Shown: piece by piece, positions 18,790-27,664 of the stretch | Position numbering within the stretch: position 1 is the stretch's first letter | Layout: each line of letters begins with the position of its first letter | Virus record (IMG/VR): IMGVR_UViG_3300025701_000035 | Coordinates: 1 to 32,508 of that record | Origin: a virus | Taxonomy: Duplodnaviria; Caudoviricetes | Length of the DNA: 32,508 nt | Direction: 5' to 3' (one strand) | Made by a program: the position numbers and the translations under genes | The notes under the pieces: generated by a model | Told to the model about the DNA's origin: nothing | Databases searched by the model: none | The model's input: the letters and a program-made list of their open reading frames with translations, nothing else

Positions 18790-19977
18790 ATGAATGTAGG
18801 TATAACATTAAATGTTCAAAAAGAAGGATCTCTATTCTCAAATGGGTTAAAGCAAAACTGTCTTATGCTATACGATGTGTTCGATAGAATAGAATCTGTA
18901 ACCAAAATATATATAATTAATACAAACCCAAAACTTAAAGATGAAGAGTTAAATAAGATTTCATGGATTAAGAATTATAATATATTAGGATGGGATAAAA
19001 ATACTAAAGATAATATAGATGTACTAATAACTTTAGATACAGTACCATCAGAAAAAGATATTAAATTCTTTAAAAGTGGTGGTAATAAAAAGGTGGTGGG
19101 TTATAAAGGTGGGAATACCTTTGTTATGCACATGGAGAATATATTATTTAATGGTAGATTTGGTAAAAAAGATGAACCTAATCACGGGGTGGTGATATCA
19201 GAACTATTTGATGAAGTTTGGATGGTACCCCAACAAGAATTCCATAACAAACAATACTTTGAAATAACTCATAATTGCGAGGCCAAGTCAGTACCTTTTG
19301 TATGGTCACCTAAATTCGTAGAAGAATTAGCACCTAAAGTAACTAAAGATGGTTTAACACCATTTTTTGATGATAAGGAGTTCGACAAATGGAAAATAGC
19401 CTCAATAGAACCAAATCTAAGTGTTTTAAAGAACTTACTACCAATAATACACTCTTGTGAGTATGCTTACAAAATAAACCCAGAAGCGATACAAGAGGTT
19501 AGTATAACAAATGCAACTAAATTAATTAAAAACGAAACTTTAATTGACATAGTTAAAACATTTCAACTACACAAAGATAAAAAAATTATATTCGATCATA
19601 GATACAATATAGTTTACCTATTATCTAAATATGCTGATATGATAGTATCAAATCAATGGGGTAACGCTCTTAATTACGCTTATTTAGATACAGTATATTT
19701 TGGTACACCACTAATACATAATGCACACCTATGTAAAGATATCGGTTATTATTATGAAGATTTTAATATTAAAGACGCTGGTGACTTAATATTAGAAGTT
19801 ATAGATAAGAGAAAGTCCGATAAAGATTATACAGAAAGAAATAGAGAAATAATAAAGAGGTATACTATTGATAATCATGTTATGATAGAACAATATGAGT
19901 TACTACTTAAGAATCTATTTGAAAAAAACGAAATCGACGGTAAGAGTTACGATTGGAAAACCAACACACTTAAATAG
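18790..19977 (+). CDS. DUF2827-like protein (possible glycosyltransferase fold)
   Basis: VGIT...SLFSNGLKQN, FDEVWMVPQ, VPFVWSP, EPNLSVLK, SNQWGNALNYAY...PLIHNA...GYYY motifs, as I recall them from DUF2827. Confidence 0.75.
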   Translation: MNVGITLNVQKEGSLFSNGLKQNCLMLYDVFDRIESVTKIYIINTNPKLKDEELNKISWIKNYNILGWDKNTKDNIDVLITLDTVPSEKDIKFFKSGGNKKVVGYKGGNTFVMHMENILFNGRFGKKDEPNHGVVISELFDEVWMVPQQEFHNKQYFEITHNCEAKSVPFVWSPKFVEELAPKVTKDGLTPFFDDKEFDKWKIASIEPNLSVLKNLLPIIHSCEYAYKINPEAIQEVSITNATKLIKNETLIDIVKTFQLHKDKKIIFDHRYNIVYLLSKYADMIVSNQWGNALNYAYLDTVYFGTPLIHNAHLCKDIGYYYEDFNIKDAGDLILEVIDKRKSDKDYTERNREIIKRYTIDNHVMIEQYELLLKNLFEKNEIDGKSYDWKTNTLK

Positions 19978-20033
19978 TGTTATTAAATACTGTATCTATC
20001 GATCAAACCACAATCATTCCGTAAAATTTAAAC

Positions 20034-20064
20034 AAAAAAAAAGGGTGGAATTTCTCCCACCCTT
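20034..20064 (-). terminator. Intrinsic terminator of the 22479-20089 gene
   Basis: Minus strand AAGGGTGG-gagaaatt-CCACCCTT followed by a T run. Confidence 0.8.
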
Positions 20065-20088
20065 ATTATAGTCTATTTATTTAGTCTA

Positions 20089-22479
20089 TTATTTTCCGTC
20101 AGCTGGGTATTCAGTAACATAAGCAACCGCTTTGTTTACCGCTAATAATACACCTACACCTGTAGATAACATATATACTTGAGCAGACTCACCTTCTTGA
20201 AGGATTAGTTCAGCAGTACCATAAGGGTTACCAAATAGTTGGTTGAATCTAACTATAAATTCAGATGATCCAGTACTATCACCAGCTAAATCAGCTATAA
20301 CTATAGTACTAATAGTACCAGCAGTAGCAGCAGTAAAGTCGATGTTCCCGTTAGTTACAGCAGGCGCGTCAACGACCATTATAGCTTCAGCAGAACCAAC
20401 AACCACATATGATGCACCAGTTATATCAAGCTTATTACCGTCGAATATATATCTTGGGTTCTCAGCTAAATACTCTACGTCATCAATGTTACCTTGTAAT
20501 ACTGTATCAGCAGAAGCTCTAGCAACTAATTCAGTTGATAATGCAGCGTCGTTAGACGTTTCATAATCAGATAAGTCACCAGCAACAGCGTCGATGTTAT
20601 CTTGTAATACAACATCAGCAGAAGCTCTAACAACTAATTCAGTTGACAATGCAGCATCGTTAGACGCTTCATAATCAGATAAGTCGGTAGCAACGGCACT
20701 AATGTCATCTTTTAACACAACATCAGCAGAAGCTCTAACAACTAATTCAGTTGACAATGCAGCGTCGTTAGACGTTTCATAATCAGATAAGTCACCAGCA
20801 ACAGCGTCGATGTTATCTTGTAATACAACATCAGCAGAAGCTCTAACAACTAATTCAGTAGACAAGTTATCTTCGATAACTCCTTCAGCAGCGATAGCTC
20901 TTGCAGTTTCAACAGAAACAGCTTCACTTACTTCGATGTCTGTAGCGAAATCATTGTTAAGGTTATCTATTCTAGTCGTCAATGAAGCATCTCCAGATAT
21001 TCTTGCAGTCTCTTCAGCAGTGATATCAGTAGATAAATCGTTGTCAGCAGCAGCTCTATCCACTAATTCAGTTGATAAGTTATCAGCAATAACTCCTTCA
21101 GCAGCTAGTGCTCTTGTTTCTTCAGCGTCAATGTTACCTTGTAACACAACATCAGCAGAAGCTCTAGCAACTAATTCAGTTGATAAGTTATCTTCGATAA
21201 CACCTTCAGCAGCTAATGCTCTAGTTTCTTCAGCATCAACGTCAGCGATTCTATCAGCAACTTCAGTAGACAATGCAGCATCGTTAGATGTTTCATAATC
21301 AGATAAGTCAGAAGCGATTGAACCTTCAGCAGCGATAGCTCTAGTTTCTTCAGCATCAATGTTACCTTGTAATACAACATCGGCAGCAGCTCTATCTACT
21401 AATTCAGTCGATAAGTTATCTTCAATAACACCTTCAGCAGCTAATGCTCTAGTTTCCTCAGCATCAATATTACCTTGTAATACCGTATCAGCAGAAGCTC
21501 TAGCAACTAATTCAGTTGACAATGCAGCGTCGTTAGACGTTTCATAATCACTTAAGTCAGAAGCAATTGATCCTTCAGCGGCAATAGCTCTAGCAGTTTC
21601 AACAGAAACAGCTTCACTTACTTCGATATCCGTAGCAAAATCATTGTTAAGGTTATCTATTCTAGTTGCCAATGAAGCATCTCCAGATATTCTTGCAGTT
21701 TCTTCAGTAACAATTTTACCTTCTAACACTGTATCAGCAGAAGCTCTATCTACTAATTCAGTTGATAAGTTATCTTCGATAACTCCTTCAGCTGTTTCAG
21801 CTCTCAATTGCTCAGCATCAACATCAGCAATTCTGTCTGCAACTTCAGTTGATAATGCAGCATCGTTAGATGTTTCATAATCAGCTAAATCAGAAGCGAT
21901 TGAACCTTCAGCAGCGATAGCTCTAGTTTCTTCAGCATCAACGTCAGCTTCTCTATCAGAAATTTCCTGAGTTAAGTCACCAGCAACACCATCGATGTTG
22001 TTTTGTAATTGAGTATCAGCAGAAGCTCTATCAGCAACCTCAGTTGATAATGCAGCATCATTAGACGCTTCATAATCACTTAAGTCAGTAGAAACACCAT
22101 CAATGTTACCTTGTAACGTTGAGTCAGCAGCAGCTCTATCTACTAATTCAGTAGACAAGTTATCTTCGATAACTCCTTCAGCAGCGATAGCTCTTGCAGT
22201 TTCAACAGAAACAGCCTCACTTAATTCGATGTCTGTAGCGAAATCAGCACTAAAATTGTCTAATCTAGTATCTAATGAAGCCTCAGCAGCATCACTAGTA
22301 GTTTTATTGTCAGTAATTACTGTCTCTAAAGATGCATCTACCGACGCACTAAGAGCTTCTTCAGCACTTACTCTTGTTTCCAAAGATGTGTTCAAGTCTT
22401 CTAAGAACTCGAAGTTACCATCTAATTGGGTGAAACTTAACGCTTGTGTTAAGTTCTTTCTTAAATTTAAATTTGCCAT
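20089..22479 (-). CDS. Acidic coiled-coil repeat fibre-like protein (796 aa)
   Basis: N-terminal LRKNLTQALSFTQLDGNF; repeats EETRA(I/L)AAEG, DLSDYETSNDAALSTE, RASADxVLQGNID; beta-rich C-terminal domain. Confidence 0.85.
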   Translation of the reverse strand: MANLNLRKNLTQALSFTQLDGNFEFLEDLNTSLETRVSAEEALSASVDASLETVITDNKTTSDAAEASLDTRLDNFSADFATDIELSEAVSVETARAIAAEGVIEDNLSTELVDRAAADSTLQGNIDGVSTDLSDYEASNDAALSTEVADRASADTQLQNNIDGVAGDLTQEISDREADVDAEETRAIAAEGSIASDLADYETSNDAALSTEVADRIADVDAEQLRAETAEGVIEDNLSTELVDRASADTVLEGKIVTEETARISGDASLATRIDNLNNDFATDIEVSEAVSVETARAIAAEGSIASDLSDYETSNDAALSTELVARASADTVLQGNIDAEETRALAAEGVIEDNLSTELVDRAAADVVLQGNIDAEETRAIAAEGSIASDLSDYETSNDAALSTEVADRIADVDAEETRALAAEGVIEDNLSTELVARASADVVLQGNIDAEETRALAAEGVIADNLSTELVDRAAADNDLSTDITAEETARISGDASLTTRIDNLNNDFATDIEVSEAVSVETARAIAAEGVIEDNLSTELVVRASADVVLQDNIDAVAGDLSDYETSNDAALSTELVVRASADVVLKDDISAVATDLSDYEASNDAALSTELVVRASADVVLQDNIDAVAGDLSDYETSNDAALSTELVARASADTVLQGNIDDVEYLAENPRYIFDGNKLDITGASYVVVGSAEAIMVVDAPAVTNGNIDFTAATAGTISTIVIADLAGDSTGSSEFIVRFNQLFGNPYGTAELILQEGESAQVYMLSTGVGVLLAVNKAVAYVTEYPADGK

Positions 22480-22545
22480 TTGTTTTTTTTGGTTTTTTTA
22501 AAGTTTATTATTTTATTATTGTTACATATAAATATCTGGCTATAA

Positions 22546-23121
22546 TCAAAAATACATAAAAGTCAAGTATTTTTCTAAAATATTTTTTTTAGTTTCTTCG
22601 TCTGAAGAATACCAAACATAAACCGTAGAATCCTTAGATTTCTTTAGTCTATCATCTAATATGTTGACCTTGTGCTTAATAATAGGTATATGGGTCTCAT
22701 CTATAGTTATATTAGGTATACCAAGCTCATCAGCGACAGAGATAAGTTGTAATAAATCTTTATTTTCGACTGCCTCAACAGCCAATTCAAATAAATTAGT
22801 TAACTTAAGTTTAACATCCTCCTCAACCCCAATTAATTTATCTGGATGGGTTTTTGTGACGATTTTACGATAAAGCTTCTTTATATCTTTACTCATCTCA
22901 ACATCATCATCAATAACTTCCTCAGTAGACACCTCAGCCTCTAAAGGAGTTATAATCTCATCCTTTTTAGGTTTAAGGCCTCTAGACTTAGCCAGTTCCT
23001 CAGCTTCTTTCATAAACGTAGATAATAACTCTTCGTGAACAGAGTCTACCATATTTAACTCATCCTCCATAGACCTTATTTTACTAAGCAAACTCTTAAC
23101 CTCTAATTCCTTTAATCCCAT
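22546..23121 (-). CDS. J-domain (DnaJ-like) protein
   Basis: DIKKLYRKIVTKTHPDKL...F HPD motif flanked by coiled coils. Confidence 0.8.
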   Translation of the reverse strand: MGLKELEVKSLLSKIRSMEDELNMVDSVHEELLSTFMKEAEELAKSRGLKPKKDEIITPLEAEVSTEEVIDDDVEMSKDIKKLYRKIVTKTHPDKLIGVEEDVKLKLTNLFELAVEAVENKDLLQLISVADELGIPNITIDETHIPIIKHKVNILDDRLKKSKDSTVYVWYSSDEETKKNILEKYLTFMYF

Positions 23122-23125
23122 ACTA

Positions 23126-23185
23126 TATAAATACCTATAAATAGGTTTGAGTATCCAACTTTTAATATAATATCATATATTTATA
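23126..23185. promoter_or_regulatory. Divergent TATTTATA putative late promoters
   Basis: Minus copies at 23126-23133 and 23136-23143 (J-domain gene); plus copy at 23178-23185 (23202 gene). Confidence 0.65.
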
Positions 23186-23201
23186 TTAAAATATATTATA
23201 C

Positions 23202-24479
23202 ATGAAAAAGCTAGTAATTAACGAAGAGATCGTTAGAATGAGACAAATGATGGGTATTAACGAGAATACTATTAAAGAAGATAATGTAGGTGAAGAAACT
23301 GTTAGTGAAGACATGTCTTCATTGGAGGACGTTATCGTACATCTAATGAATACACATAACATGGATTATGATGAAGCTAGTGTTTTTAGTAAAGAATTTG
23401 AGGATAATTTACCTGTAACACATAAGGATGTTGAAGATTTCTTCACTGACTTAAGTAACTCTGATTCACCAGAAGTACCTGGTTTTGAGGGTACTATGGA
23501 TAAATTAAATGACCTTAGTATATTTAATGAAGAGGAAACGGAAGATCCAGTAAACGAGATAGGGATGTTTCATGATGCTAGAATGGGATCCGACGATTAC
23601 TTAACCCCAAAAGAAACTGAATCACCAAGACAATGCTCATTAACTGGTGAAGGTATGGACGCAGGTTGGGTTCACGAAGATAGAGACAAATATTTTAAAT
23701 ACGAAAAGGATGTTGTTGATTACATAAAAGGGTTAATGACTTATAACAGAGAAAGTATCAAAGATTTAACTGATGACGAAATTCTAGAGATAGGTTATAA
23801 CAAATATAATGTATACTATACAGAATGGGAAGAAGATGATGTATCTGAAAATGATGAGGTAAAAAAGAAATTTAAAGACGAGTACGGAAAAAAGAAAGGT
23901 GAGGCGATATACTACGCTACCGCTAACAAACAAGATAGAGACCCAGAAACTTTCGAGAAAAATGAATCCTTTGATCCATTAGATGCTTATGAAGAAGGTG
24001 AATCTGATTGTTGTGGTGCCCCAATTTTTATGGGTGATATATGTTCAGATTGTTATGAACATTGTAGTGTGGCGGAATTGGATGAAGAGTCAGCTATAGG
24101 TGGATGGGATTTAGCTATGGAAGCCATGGATACACTAGAAAGTGAAATTAAAGAAGAAGAACAATCATGGTTAGCTATGAGAAGTGGTAAAGAAGGTAAG
24201 GTTTATGAGAATAGAACTTATGAAGGTAGAGCTTACGCACAAGAAACCTATTTTGAAACTCAGTCTGGTGCATTAGAGTCAGCAGAAGAATACGCACTTA
24301 ATAGAGGTTATGAGGCTAATATGGCTAGCTTCTACCCAGAACATATTAAATATGGGCAAACTGTAAGTTACAGTGTAGAACTAAGTAAAAATGGTAAACC
24401 AGTAAAAAACAAAATGTTACAGATATCACTTTATAGAATGGATTCTGGTAAATATGAATTAACGAACTACATCAACTAA
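23202..24479 (+). CDS. Modular acidic protein with Zn-finger module, putative head cargo polyprotein
   Basis: N-terminal INEEIVRMRQMMG; modules KKKFKDEYGKKKGEAIYYATANK, SDCCGAP...CSDCYEHC and a C-terminal YRMDSGKYEL domain, separated by xxE sites. Confidence 0.8.
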   Translation: MKKLVINEEIVRMRQMMGINENTIKEDNVGEETVSEDMSSLEDVIVHLMNTHNMDYDEASVFSKEFEDNLPVTHKDVEDFFTDLSNSDSPEVPGFEGTMDKLNDLSIFNEEETEDPVNEIGMFHDARMGSDDYLTPKETESPRQCSLTGEGMDAGWVHEDRDKYFKYEKDVVDYIKGLMTYNRESIKDLTDDEILEIGYNKYNVYYTEWEEDDVSENDEVKKKFKDEYGKKKGEAIYYATANKQDRDPETFEKNESFDPLDAYEEGESDCCGAPIFMGDICSDCYEHCSVAELDEESAIGGWDLAMEAMDTLESEIKEEEQSWLAMRSGKEGKVYENRTYEGRAYAQETYFETQSGALESAEEYALNRGYEANMASFYPEHIKYGQTVSYSVELSKNGKPVKNKMLQISLYRMDSGKYELTNYIN

Positions 24480-24488
24480 TTTAACTTC

Positions 24489-25046
24489 ATGAAAAAAGAT
24501 TTACTAACAGAAGAGATTTCTAAAATAAAAGATATGATGGGTATCTCAGAAGAGATGGGTACACCACAATCACAAAACCCTACAGGGGCCGCTAAGAAAA
24601 AATGGGATTCTGGTGTGGCTAGATCTGGTCCAGGTAACCCAGTGGTAGATAATAATAGTTCGTATAGTATTAGAACAAATCATGGTAAAGGTAACCCTAT
24701 AGAATTAGGTGAAGCTGATGATAAAGAAGATTCTTTAGAAGAGTTTTCGGAGAATAGAATGTCTGGTGCCAAAAAAATAGCAGATAACGCAAAAGAAAAG
24801 GGTGGTTCATCAATATTAACATACCACCACTTCGACGTTAAGTTACCTTACTATGATAAAGCAGCAAAAGGAGAATTCAACGTAGAGGAGGCAACTAAAG
24901 AGTATGACGAACTATTAACCAAGTTAATGTCATCGTCAGAAGGTGAAATAACCATAGACGAGATAGAATTCCAGGAATTAGTTGGTAAAATAGAGGTATT
25001 AGGCGAGTTAATTAGAAAAGAATCTAAATTAACTCAAAAGAAATAG
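24489..25046 (+). CDS. Hypothetical protein with LTEEISKIKDMMG peptide
   Basis: ATG ORF with the shared N-terminal peptide; overlaps the convergent ORF by 23 nt. Confidence 0.8.
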   Translation: MKKDLLTEEISKIKDMMGISEEMGTPQSQNPTGAAKKKWDSGVARSGPGNPVVDNNSSYSIRTNHGKGNPIELGEADDKEDSLEEFSENRMSGAKKIADNAKEKGGSSILTYHHFDVKLPYYDKAAKGEFNVEEATKEYDELLTKLMSSSEGEITIDEIEFQELVGKIEVLGELIRKESKLTQKK

Positions 25047-25788
25047 TAACCAATTGATTAGCAACAAAATTAGCATCTGACGCTGTCACTAAAACCACGG
25101 AGTTTGCAGGACCCATGAAAAAAGAACGACTCAACTCACTCCCTTCTTCCAAACCTAAACCAGTGGCTGTGTAGACAGCAGAGTCACCGTTCTGAGTAAA
25201 AGTTATTCTATAATTAGCGTTGGCTATAGTATTGAAATAAGATTCCGTATTAACACCCTCAATATCCGCCACATTCCAATATACGGAATCTAAATCGAAT
25301 TTGTTAGGGTTCAACGTACCTTCAGTACCAGCACCAGACAATACTGGGAATATAACTCTACCAGCCGATGGTGGTTCGTAAGGTAATGTAACCAATTCAA
25401 AAGAATACCCACTAACAATAGGTTTTTGATCATTCAAAATGACATAGGTACCAGAAATAGATGCTTTAGCCCCGCTAACCGTTGTATGACCACCAGTTGA
25501 ACCTGGTAATTTGTTAATTAACCCTATTAAAGAATCGTCAGTTAAATCCGAAGATTTCCAAAAAGTCGGCTTATCTGGGATAACCATACCAGTATCACCA
25601 CCAGTAGTTCTACCAAGTAGGTTAGCAGAAGTGGTATCACTAACTATAACGTAACCATCTGAGTAATCTACACCACCATACCAATCACCAGAACTATAAT
25701 CATGTTCACCGTCAGATATGGCTATATTATTTACTTGTGTTGTACCATCTATAGGTCCACCACTATTAACCGAAATATCGTTTATCAT
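25024..25788 (-). CDS. Beta-rich hypothetical (probable virion structural) protein
   Basis: Gly/Thr/Ser-rich 254 aa ORF, last gene of the minus-strand operon. Confidence 0.7.
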   Translation of the reverse strand: MINDISVNSGGPIDGTTQVNNIAISDGEHDYSSGDWYGGVDYSDGYVIVSDTTSANLLGRTTGGDTGMVIPDKPTFWKSSDLTDDSLIGLINKLPGSTGGHTTVSGAKASISGTYVILNDQKPIVSGYSFELVTLPYEPPSAGRVIFPVLSGAGTEGTLNPNKFDLDSVYWNVADIEGVNTESYFNTIANANYRITFTQNGDSAVYTATGLGLEEGSELSRSFFMGPANSVVLVTASDANFVANQLVTISFELI

Positions 25789-25795
25789 TACCTAT

Positions 25796-27070
25796 TTAAT
25801 TTTTAAACAAACCCTTAAAAGAGTGTAATTTTTCTAATGAATTAGTTTTATATATAAATTCTTCAAGTACTTCAGACAATTCATCTAAAGTTAATTGTAA
25901 GTCATCTAATTCCTCAACGATACTCTCTAACATCTTAAGTTTATCAGAAAGATTTCTGAAATCGAAAGCGTCAACCACATCATAATAATACTGAAATTTC
26001 TTATACGTTTTACTGTATTCGTATCTCATATCATCATGGTAATTATTAAAAGTACCTTTGTTGTCGTATATATCCATTAGAGTACTGTTAAGCACTATAT
26101 TTTTATATTTACCTATAGAACTTATAGCTTCATCCCTAACTCTAGTAGCGTCAACTATAAATTCGTCTATCTTATCATCAGAATAACCAACAACCGATGC
26201 TTCAGAAATAGAAACAGGGTTATCTTTAAAAGAAGATGGGGTTATCCAGGATTCCTTTTTAAAGAACTTTATTAATATAGCTGCTATTAAACCTCCTGGT
26301 AAAATAGATATTGCCGCTAAACCAGATAATTTTAGAAGGTCCTTAAGTTGCGTACCTATCTCTTTTAAATCCTCATCACTAAGTCTTTGAGTACCAGAAG
26401 CGGCTTTAATTAACTTAGTTATAGCTTCTAAAGTTTCAACACCTTCCTGCTTTAAGTTATCCTTTATTATACCAAGTTTAGATTTAAGTTTAGATATATA
26501 ACCCCTTAAATTAGAATCCTCCATCACATACTCCTCAGAGATAGCTTTAGCCTCTAACTCGTTTATCTGGAATATTTTATCGGATGGTTGGTTTATCATC
26601 TCAACTTCTTTAGCCATATAAACAGGTGTTTCGTCATTTTTATATACAAAAGAATCGTATTTATAAGGGTTATATGTTATAACCTTAGAACCAGTTGATT
26701 GTGGTATGTCGTCAGAAGGATGTTCCTTATAATCCACTAAAGTACCAATAACAAATGCGTGAACATTTTTTCTCTTTTCATCCCTAACCTTATCCTTTCC
26801 ACCCTGTCTAACTCTGAACTCAACGTCTTTAAGTTTAACGTAATCAGAATAAGACTTAACCAGTCCTTTATAAGTTACAGAAAAAACGTGTTTGTGTAGG
26901 TTATAATAAACCATCACCTTTTTACCAATAAGTTCATCATCAGAAACTTCACTAGAATCATCAGATGTGTCATCCTCAGTATCAGCGAACATATCTAATT
27001 GATTCTCTGTTAAACCCATCATCTCATGGATTCTATATAACTCTTCGTTTAAACTATTCTTATTAACCAT
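25796..27070 (-). CDS. Modular protein: shared peptide, conserved phage domain, LETM1-like segment and helical domain
   Basis: ATG 27070 MVNKNSLNEELYRIHEMMG; VYYNLHK...KRKNVHAFV...YNPYK domain; QLKDLLK...AISILPGG...PSSF segment. Confidence 0.8.
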   Translation of the reverse strand: MVNKNSLNEELYRIHEMMGLTENQLDMFADTEDDTSDDSSEVSDDELIGKKVMVYYNLHKHVFSVTYKGLVKSYSDYVKLKDVEFRVRQGGKDKVRDEKRKNVHAFVIGTLVDYKEHPSDDIPQSTGSKVITYNPYKYDSFVYKNDETPVYMAKEVEMINQPSDKIFQINELEAKAISEEYVMEDSNLRGYISKLKSKLGIIKDNLKQEGVETLEAITKLIKAASGTQRLSDEDLKEIGTQLKDLLKLSGLAAISILPGGLIAAILIKFFKKESWITPSSFKDNPVSISEASVVGYSDDKIDEFIVDATRVRDEAISSIGKYKNIVLNSTLMDIYDNKGTFNNYHDDMRYEYSKTYKKFQYYYDVVDAFDFRNLSDKLKMLESIVEELDDLQLTLDELSEVLEEFIYKTNSLEKLHSFKGLFKN

Positions 27071-27071
27071 A

Positions 27072-27581
27072 TTATATTCTTTCAATATTAATTCTATCTA
27101 AAATAAAGATACCATTATCACCCGAAAACACTATTTCCTCTGGTGAAACAGATACGCTACCACCTTCATGGTAATCTAAATCACTAAAAATAGATTCATG
27201 GTTATTAGATAACCAATCAACCAATCTATCCTCATAACCATCACCTAAATTAACACTCACTATCACACCTTTATCTAGGTTGGCGAAGGTTAAATCAGTA
27301 CTGGTTTTAGACTCAACTTCAGCTAATTGTTTCAAGTTACCCACTAACATATCATAATCATCCATGGTTAAAACACCATTCTTTGATCCAGATATCGCTT
27401 TTTCAGCCAAATCATGTAAATCCATATCAGTCTTAGCATCTTCCTTAGCGTACTCGAGGGTACGTATAAATAAAGGTACATCCATAGTCACCGTATCAAT
27501 CTCATCTTTAGTATTAGGTGTAGAAATACCCATCATATTACGAATATTTTCTATTTCTTCATTTAATAAACCATTAACCAT
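27072..27581 (-). CDS. Hypothetical protein with LNEEIENIRNMMG peptide
   Basis: DTVTMDVPLFIRTLEYAKEDAKTDMDLH domain followed by LAE and a second module. Confidence 0.8.
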   Translation of the reverse strand: MVNGLLNEEIENIRNMMGISTPNTKDEIDTVTMDVPLFIRTLEYAKEDAKTDMDLHDLAEKAISGSKNGVLTMDDYDMLVGNLKQLAEVESKTSTDLTFANLDKGVIVSVNLGDGYEDRLVDWLSNNHESIFSDLDYHEGGSVSVSPEEIVFSGDNGIFILDRINIERI

Positions 27582-27594
27582 ACTTATATTTTAA

Positions 27595-27652
27595 TATAAA
27601 TATATATAATTAAAGCAATATTTAATTTAACCGAATAAAACCACTATTTATA
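27595..27652. promoter_or_regulatory. Divergent TATTTATA putative late promoters
   Basis: Minus copy at 27595-27602 (27581 gene); plus copy at 27645-27652 (27665 gene). Confidence 0.65.
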
Positions 27653-27664
27653 ATAAAAAACTGA

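Noticed and set aside
20243-22501. Plus-strand ORFs opposite the 796-aa fibre
   Set aside because: Antisense shadows of the Ala/Asp/Glu repeat coding sequence.
908-27652. Canonical T4 late promoters (TATAAATA on the coding strand)
   Set aside because: The orientation is consistently reversed relative to downstream genes. Only 7163-7170 (before 7174) and the palindromic site at 14403-14414 fit the T4 orientation.
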